Shown piece by piece: positions 58,045 to 64,000 of a stretch of 64,000 nucleotides of DNA. Where the stretch lies: contig OZ240206.1 of assembly GCA_965197405.1 (NCBI GenBank), forward strand, positions 2,386,183 through 2,450,182, read 5' to 3'. A program made the translations under genes and the position numbers. The notes under the pieces are model-generated. The model saw only the letters and a program-made list of their open reading frames with translations, was not told where the DNA came from and made no database searches. Position 1 is the stretch's first letter. Every line of letters starts with the position of its first letter. Source of the DNA: Dehalococcoidia bacterium (lineage in GTDB: Bacteria > Chloroflexota > Dehalococcoidia > Lucifugimonadales > JAGWBF01).

Positions 58045-61000
58045 AGGGAACTCACCAAGTTTGGCTGGATGATCTGGCACTCTTCAGGGTGCGACCGGAT
58101 GTGGTTGAGAATGGACGCGAACGGATTCAATTGGGCGCCAATGGTGGCCGATTCCATCATGTAGCCGTCTCCGACAATCACGAGTAGATCTCGGGCTCGC
58201 GACAGCGCCACGTTGATTCTGCGCCGGTCCTTCAAGAAACCGATGCGTTGTTCGCTGTTCGACCGTACCGTCGAATAAATCACGACGTCGCATTCACGAC
58301 CCTGAAATGAGTCCACTGTGGCGATTTCTATCTGGATGTTGCGCCAACGCTCCTGGTCTTCGGTGTCGACCCGGGTGGTCAGTAGTTCCACCTGAGCCGA
58401 GTATCCGGTTATCACGGCAACAGATGGGCTTCTTCGCCTCTCTCTGGACTTCTCTTCCATCTTCACCAGCAAGTCGAGGATGACATCCGCCTCGGCCGAA
58501 TTCGCGAATGATTTACCGACCCGGTTTTCCGCCCTATTAGGTGTCATCGAGGTGGATATCCATGTAACAGGAGCCGGCATCCAATCGAAGAGGAATTGCC
58601 GGGAACGGGTCCGGTCGCCGTTTCCAAGACGACCGTCATAAAATACGGAACTAATGAGGTTTCCGATGGCCGAGTACATCCGGTTCTGGGTGCTCAAAGT
58701 AGCGAGAAAATCCCAGTCCGATCCCTCCACTTGTTCGACCAAGGTCTGGAACAGACTGGTATCCAGACTGTGGCCGTCGGATGAAATGTTGGATTCGTCG
58801 CCCTTCATGTCCTCAACCATGGGAGGCAATTGACGTTCATCGCCCACCAAGATTGCTCGCTCGGACTGGACGATGGGAATCAGCACCTCCGGCACGGTGG
58901 CCCTTCCAGCTTCATCTATGATCGCCCAGTCGAACCCGGCTTCTCCCAGCCGCGCGCCCCCTGCCCGTTTGCCGCTGAATAAACAGGTCGCGGCAACGAC
59001 TCGGGATGACTTGCCAATCAATTCCTGGAAATCCTGCGTGAGACCAACGACCCTGGTCCAATCAGTGATTGTCCTTCTCAGTTCCTGGACCCGCTGGAGT
59101 TCCTGACTTGCGGGGTCATCCGTATCCGAGCCTTGCTGGTTGGGTGATGCAGACGCCGTTATGATTTCGGCCAGTATCTCCTTTTCGTTCATCCCCTGCG
59201 TTTCTATTGGCGTAGGCAGCAATTCATTCAGCGCATCCATCTGTTCACTGAGCTCGCTGCGAGCCCTCTCTACCATTTCAGCAGTCGCCTCGATGGCCAC
59301 CTCAGTTGCTTCGGACCCCGGTGAGGAATACTCCTGTTCGTACTCGTGGAGTTGCTCCGCTATTTCCTTAGCCTCAGTAATCCATTCCTCGATTGTTCCG
59401 GCAGCTTCCATCTCGGGGTTGTTATCCGGCTCGCCAGCTTTAATGGCGTCCCTGGCTTGGCGCTCATCCGAACGCAGTTTGGCCAGCTCGGGTTGGCATC
59501 TGTCCAACACCTCCTGCCGCCAAGTTCGGGCCCGCTCTGACAAAGTCCAACTTTCTCCACCGTGGCCGATTTTTTCAGAGCGTCCCAGCCTGACCATTTC
59601 CGGCGGAGGATCGCCGGCAGCATTTGCTATCTGCGTGAGGGTGTGGTCGACAGCAACGTTGGACTGAGAAGTGAGAAGAATTCGAGCTTCCGGTTCTCTC
59701 TTGAGAATCTGAAGAACGATCTCGGTGATAACTGACGTCTTGCCCGTGCCGGGCGGCCCTTGGATCAGGAATAGTTCGTTGCTGGAAACAGCTTTGCTTA
59801 CCGCAGCTTTCTGGTCGTCCGATAACCAGTCTTGAAAATAATCTTGCGGAGCTTCCGAGAACCGGGTCGCAGTTGAGGGATCTACGATTACCCGTGCCAG
59901 GCCAGGATTGACCATCTGCTCGTACAGGAAAGCGTTGACTGCGTTGGACTGTCGGCTGTTGGCAACCAGCGCCTCAGTCAGGTTGGTAGTCAAGAGTCCG
60001 AACTTGGGAACGGGTGAATCGCTCCTTCGGAACCGGTTACTTTGCTTGGCCGCTTCGACGGTCCGGCCACGGATGTTCATAAGATTGCCTATTGACAACC
60101 TCGGTGCATTGGCGTTTTCCCTGACGGCGAGAGGGGCATCATCTTCCCAATCCAGGTCATCTGGAGGGAGGTCAACTAGGGAAAAACGCCAGTGGTCTGA
60201 CTCCTCCGATACATTGGAGTACCTTAGCGCGGTTGCCTCCCCCTCGATGCGACTGCGGTTTCTGCTGAGCGCGACGTTCCAATTTTCTATGAAGTCGCGC
60301 CGTGACTGGCGCCGTTCATCGGACACCTTCCCCACGGTCTCGTAGGTGTCGAGCTCCGAGAGCAAATGGGTCAGTTCCTCCGCTGCCTCCGAGAGTGTAG
60401 TGGCATCTTCTCCAGACCTGAAGCCTGGATTCACCGGGTCCCACATTGCGCGGTAGACCATCGACCGAACTTTTTCGCTGTCAAGATTGGGCGCATAGGG
60501 GGTTTGAACCGCCTTCACGGCCAGCGCGTCTCCCTGTTCGTCAACGGCGCAAATGAGCCGTAGGGAATCTCCGAGGATAATGACGTCTCGGCTGTCTCGT
60601 CGGTCACGGCGGATGTGCACGTCTTCCAGTTCCATCCCTCCGAGGTCTTCGATGATCACATCCGATACCGACTGGAAATCATCTGTCAAGGACAGATCAG
60701 CTGCCACGACATCTCTTATCGCGGTCCTGGTTATCGCAAGGAAATGTGAGGGCAAGGTCTCATGGCGTCGGGTAACTTCCAGCGCGGATAATAGGTCCGA
60801 CCCTCTGGAAAAACGCCGTTCCGGCTCCTGTGCCAGCATCCTCTTCAAGAGGTTTTTGATTGCGACGGGATGCTCTACGAACTCATCCACCATATCAGGG
60901 GATGGTCCCTCCAGGGGTGGTTCGTGGCCGGAAAGAAGATGGGAAAACACCGCCCCCAACGAAAAGAGATCGGATTCAGGTCCAGTCGGCAAGGCGGCTC

Positions 61001-61538
61001 GCTGCTCGGGCGAGGCGTAACCGCTGCTCCAAAATCCTGCCAGCGTCTCCCCGACAGTTAATTGTGTGAGGAGTTTGCTGATACCGAAGTCCGTTAGCAT
61101 TGGCCGCCCGTTCACATCGAGCAGAATGTTGGACGGTTTAATGTCCCGATGGACAACATTTTCGGAGTGGGCGTGGGCCAGGGCTTCCGACAGCTCACGC
61201 ATCACGCGATACGGTTGAAAACCACCTAGCTGGGAATGCAATTCGCCCTTCAAGTACCGGTCCAGTGAATACGGCTGATATTCCAATACCAAGTAAGGCG
61301 AACTGCCGTCATCAGGCCAACTGCTGCTCAGTAGCCGAACGATATTTGGGTGCCTCAATTTTCTTAAGGCGCTGGTCTCGCGCTTGAACAACTCCCTCTT
61401 GATATCGTCGCCATGGGACTTGTTGAGGATTTTGACAGCCACCTGCGAGTTGCCGGATGCGCTATCCAGGGCCAGATATACGGAACTCATTCGTCCGTCA
61501 CCAATCTGACCTTGCAGCATGAATCGTTCTGTAATCAT
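58041..61538 (-). CDS. Ser/Thr kinase fused to an SF1 (DNA2/NAM7-type) helicase (Mokosh MkoA-like); start 61538 or 61586
   Basis: VAVK, HRDIKPSN, DFG; GPPGTGKT, DEAG, GDERQLPP, TVDSFQGRE, NVALSRAR. Confidence 0.87.
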   Translation of the reverse strand: MITERFMLQGQIGDGRMSSVYLALDSASGNSQVAVKILNKSHGDDIKRELFKRETSALRKLRHPNIVRLLSSSWPDDGSSPYLVLEYQPYSLDRYLKGELHSQLGGFQPYRVMRELSEALAHAHSENVVHRDIKPSNILLDVNGRPMLTDFGISKLLTQLTVGETLAGFWSSGYASPEQRAALPTGPESDLFSLGAVFSHLLSGHEPPLEGPSPDMVDEFVEHPVAIKNLLKRMLAQEPERRFSRGSDLLSALEVTRRHETLPSHFLAITRTAIRDVVAADLSLTDDFQSVSDVIIEDLGGMELEDVHIRRDRRDSRDVIILGDSLRLICAVDEQGDALAVKAVQTPYAPNLDSEKVRSMVYRAMWDPVNPGFRSGEDATTLSEAAEELTHLLSELDTYETVGKVSDERRQSRRDFIENWNVALSRNRSRIEGEATALRYSNVSEESDHWRFSLVDLPPDDLDWEDDAPLAVRENANAPRLSIGNLMNIRGRTVEAAKQSNRFRRSDSPVPKFGLLTTNLTEALVANSRQSNAVNAFLYEQMVNPGLARVIVDPSTATRFSEAPQDYFQDWLSDDQKAAVSKAVSSNELFLIQGPPGTGKTSVITEIVLQILKREPEARILLTSQSNVAVDHTLTQIANAAGDPPPEMVRLGRSEKIGHGGESWTLSERARTWRQEVLDRCQPELAKLRSDERQARDAIKAGEPDNNPEMEAAGTIEEWITEAKEIAEQLHEYEQEYSSPGSEATEVAIEATAEMVERARSELSEQMDALNELLPTPIETQGMNEKEILAEIITASASPNQQGSDTDDPASQELQRVQELRRTITDWTRVVGLTQDFQELIGKSSRVVAATCLFSGKRAGGARLGEAGFDWAIIDEAGRATVPEVLIPIVQSERAILVGDERQLPPMVEDMKGDESNISSDGHSLDTSLFQTLVEQVEGSDWDFLATLSTQNRMYSAIGNLISSVFYDGRLGNGDRTRSRQFLFDWMPAPVTWISTSMTPNRAENRVGKSFANSAEADVILDLLVKMEEKSRERRRSPSVAVITGYSAQVELLTTRVDTEDQERWRNIQIEIATVDSFQGRECDVVIYSTVRSNSEQRIGFLKDRRRINVALSRARDLLVIVGDGYMMESATIGAQLNPFASILNHIRSHPEECQIIQPNLVSSL

Positions 61539-61701
61539 CTCGTTTCCCGATTGACCTGATTCCTGGCGATTTTCACCGACCCCCATTCTCAGCTTTGACC
61601 TCGCATGAAACGCAACACATAATAGTACCACATCCGCTCGTTGTCCCAAATAGTCTGCTATCGAAAAATCAGGACGATTGCAAAGTCGTCCAAGTGCCCA
61701 A

Positions 61702-61775
61702 ACCGTTAGTCCTGAGCTTGTCGAAGGACGGGTAATCAGAATCCGTTCATGGTTCGACAGGCTCACCACGAACGG
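61702..61775. repeat. REP doublet of a second family
   Basis: CCGTTAGTCCTGAGCTTGTCGAAG ... GTTCGACAGGCTCACCACGAACGG inverted pair. Confidence 0.7.
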
Positions 61776-62397
61776 ATTCTCACCGACTTGGCAATCGTCC
61801 TGATCGAAAAATCGGGAGGGGATGCGACATCGCGGCCACTTCACCTGAAGGTTGGCAGGCGGAGGCCGCACTGCCGCCATGGTTCTGGGGTATGTCAGGA
61901 CCGAACTGGACCAATGGGGGCGGGGGCTGTTGGTGGGACAGCAAGCACATCAACTGGTCTTGTCTTTCTGGGTACGTAACAGCGATAATACACGCCCTAG
62001 CTCGGTGAGCCGCCGCCCTGACAGACTGATCCGATGGCCCGGCAAGGTTTAGGAGCGGCTCTGCCTACAACTTGACCTCCCACCGAAAAGTTCGCAATAC
62101 GGTACGCTTAGACCCACCGGAACAGCTGTTCGTGTCAATGGTATGAGCAGTGGCACGATTGCTTAATTTTGCCCCGGTCCTGTCCAAATAACCGGTTCTT
62201 CCACACTTTAGGTGAGAATTCGGAAAAGGCCCAATATTAGAGCGTAAGTTAGACTCGCACCGATGGGCCCCGTGCCCATCAGGCCTAGCTGCCCTTACTG
62301 CCCCGCCTATCTTCAGTTCCCTTCATCAAATTTGCAGAAGAGTAAACAACCGGGGCCACTTCAAGATGTTTACTTTCCTGTTCGCTTCAAAGCATCC

Positions 62398-63191
62398 CTA
62401 AAACTTGTCCGTGAACAGCGATATGATATAGATCACTCCGGCAGCTCCTGCCGCGACCGTGGATAGCGACAGTGCTATGCCCACAAATTTCTTCCACCCG
62501 GAGTTGAAAAGAACCGTCCACATCCTATCGATTTGGACCCATCTCTTTGGAGTTCAGCGAGGGTATTGGCCCTGTATTCGTGAAGTCTTCTCTCCATCTC
62601 GGAGGCGTAAAGGTCATACAGGGCATTGCTCAATGCCGAGTCGGCTGTATCGCGTACTCGGGCAATCATGGAGTCCTGAGATTCTTGACGACCAACGGTT
62701 GTACCTCTTTCAGGCTCTTCGTCCAGGGTCTGAAAGGCTATAGTAAAAATGGGCTCCCCTAGAGCTAAAGTCCAAGGCGTGGCCCTCATATTGATCAGCC
62801 TGATTGCGATAGGTCCCTCATAGCCAGAATCAACGTGGCCGGCGTTCAACGCAAGGATTCCCCTGAGGGCCAAATTGTTTCTTGAATATACGGTTCCACA
62901 GAGATCTGGCGGCATAACAACGTCCTCCAGAGTCACTATGAAAACCATTTGTCCAGGTTGCACCGAAATGGTTGGCTGTTCGGCACGTGAGAGACTTGGG
63001 TCGTGGCTCAAAGTAATGACACGTTGTTCATCCCGATTGGTGCCGGGTTCTTTCCAAATAGCAGTTCCGGCAGCGAGGTCATAGCTATCTGCCTCGATAT
63101 CCAACTGACCGTTTCCGTCTTTTCGAGAGTGTCGAAGCAACTGACTGTCGTTGACCCGATCCTCAATTTGCCTCTTGGTTAGCACGCCCAT
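62398..63191 (-). pseudogene. dCTP deaminase/dUTPase-fold gene with frameshifted C-terminal TM tail
   Basis: SYDL, SRNNLALRG, GHVDSGYEG; shifted frame near 62548 gives KRWVQIDRMWTVLFNSGWKKFVGIALSLSTVAAGAAGVIYIISLFTDKF*. Confidence 0.7.
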
Positions 63192-63558
63192 TGGATTCCC
63201 TCCCGATAACCTGCTTCAAAAAGAAAGTCGGCTTGTTGCTGAAGTTCCTTCTTGAAGCAAGGGGGTATGTATGTGACCCGATAAGTTTGGCGATCCTCAA
63301 GCTTAGCCTGACAGCTTGACGGAATCACGAAAGGACATCAATGGGGATGCTTGCTGAATCGTCCCATTTTGCGGCGTTCCGACTTCGTTCTTGGTGGATG
63401 ATGGATAGAGTGCCCATTCCGTCATCGCTATGTTTGTATCCAGTTTTGCATCGTACCTGGTTTCAGCGCCAATCGAAGTGGGGGAATGAAAGGGGAGGAA
63501 GTGATTTTCCCTCAATTCCTATCGGACAGATACGCGGAAGGCGTGGTCAGTCAAGAAG

Positions 63559-64000
63559 CAGGGCTATCGCATGAGGAAATAGAGGGTGATTAGAATAGAA
63601 AAGGGCTGCCGAGGATAGGTAGCAGAAGTTAGGCAATTGGGTGGAGGAAGGCGTGATGGGGGAAATGGAGAATGTGTTTGAGGGTCTGAACGACCCACGG
63701 AGGGTCAGCGGCCAGCATCACTCGTTGCACGACATACTGGTTATAGCCCTGTGCACTCTGTTGTGCGGTGGGGAAACCTGCACCGACATGGCCCTGTTTG
63801 GGCGAGCGAAGCGCGAGTTTCTTGAGCGCTTTCTGAAGCTGGAAAACGGGATTCCCAGCCACGACACCCCCGCTTTCGCGGGGGCAGGCTCTTCTCCCGA
63901 GTGTTCCGGTTGCTGGACCCGGAGGCGTTCCACACCTGGTTTCTGGGCTTCATGGAACAGTTCGCCCAAGGTTGCCAAGGAGTGGTGGCCCTAGACGGGA
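63559..64000 (+). mobile_element. Second ISAs1-family IS (5' part), transposase frameshifted by a 23-nt insertion
   Basis: CAGGGC left end; DPR..HSLHDIL, GIPSHDT, then FSRVFRLLDPEAF..VALDG in another frame. Confidence 0.85.

Larger units (their letters stand above)
26931..64000. mobile_element. tRNA-integrated integrative (mobilizable-type) element / defence island; right end not in window
   Basis: Integrase abutting the tRNA 3' end, ImmA/ImmR, relaxase, VirD4-like gene, defence cargo; no second tRNA 3' fragment seen. Confidence 0.8.

Noticed and set aside
61587..61880. N-terminal extension of the kinase-helicase
   Set aside because: Runs through a REP doublet; kinase motifs begin after 61538.
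1..64000. CRISPR array or prophage
   Set aside because: No regularly spaced repeats, cas genes or virion genes seen.
26931..64000. Right attachment site (tRNA 3' duplicate)
   Set aside because: No convincing copy found by eye; probably beyond the window.

Overview
High-GC bacterial window, most consistent with Chloroflexota/Dehalococcoidia (inference from gene content: alpha2-type GlyRS, Trp T-box, F420/PPOX protein, tandem CaiB/BaiF CoA-transferases). 1-26.75 kb is housekeeping DNA: aminotransferase, SDR, nnr, acpS, metF, folD, queA, fdh, a T-box-controlled trpE-G-D-C cluster interrupted by passenger genes, fumC and glyQS. It is interspersed with TA genes, a methylase/AlbA insert and five REP-containing MITE-like elements. 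A tRNA(CAT), probably Ile2, at 26856-26930 is the left boundary of an integrated element running past the window end. Its backbone is a large serine recombinase whose C-terminus reads antisense through the tRNA, RHH, ImmA/ImmR-like regulators, tandem HTH genes, a Replic_Relax protein and a VirD4-like ATPase broken by an in-frame stop. Its defence cargo is a Ubl-E2-JAB-E1 (BilABCD-like) operon behind an HTH-metallopeptidase, a Type ISP-like R-M enzyme with an extra C-terminal domain coupled to a papain-like gene, a kinase-helicase + PLD pair (Mokosh type I-like), a frameshifted dCTP deaminase-like gene and an HNH-like gene. Two ISAs1 copies and one IS630 are also present. All family calls come from motif recognition by eye; no database searches were run.
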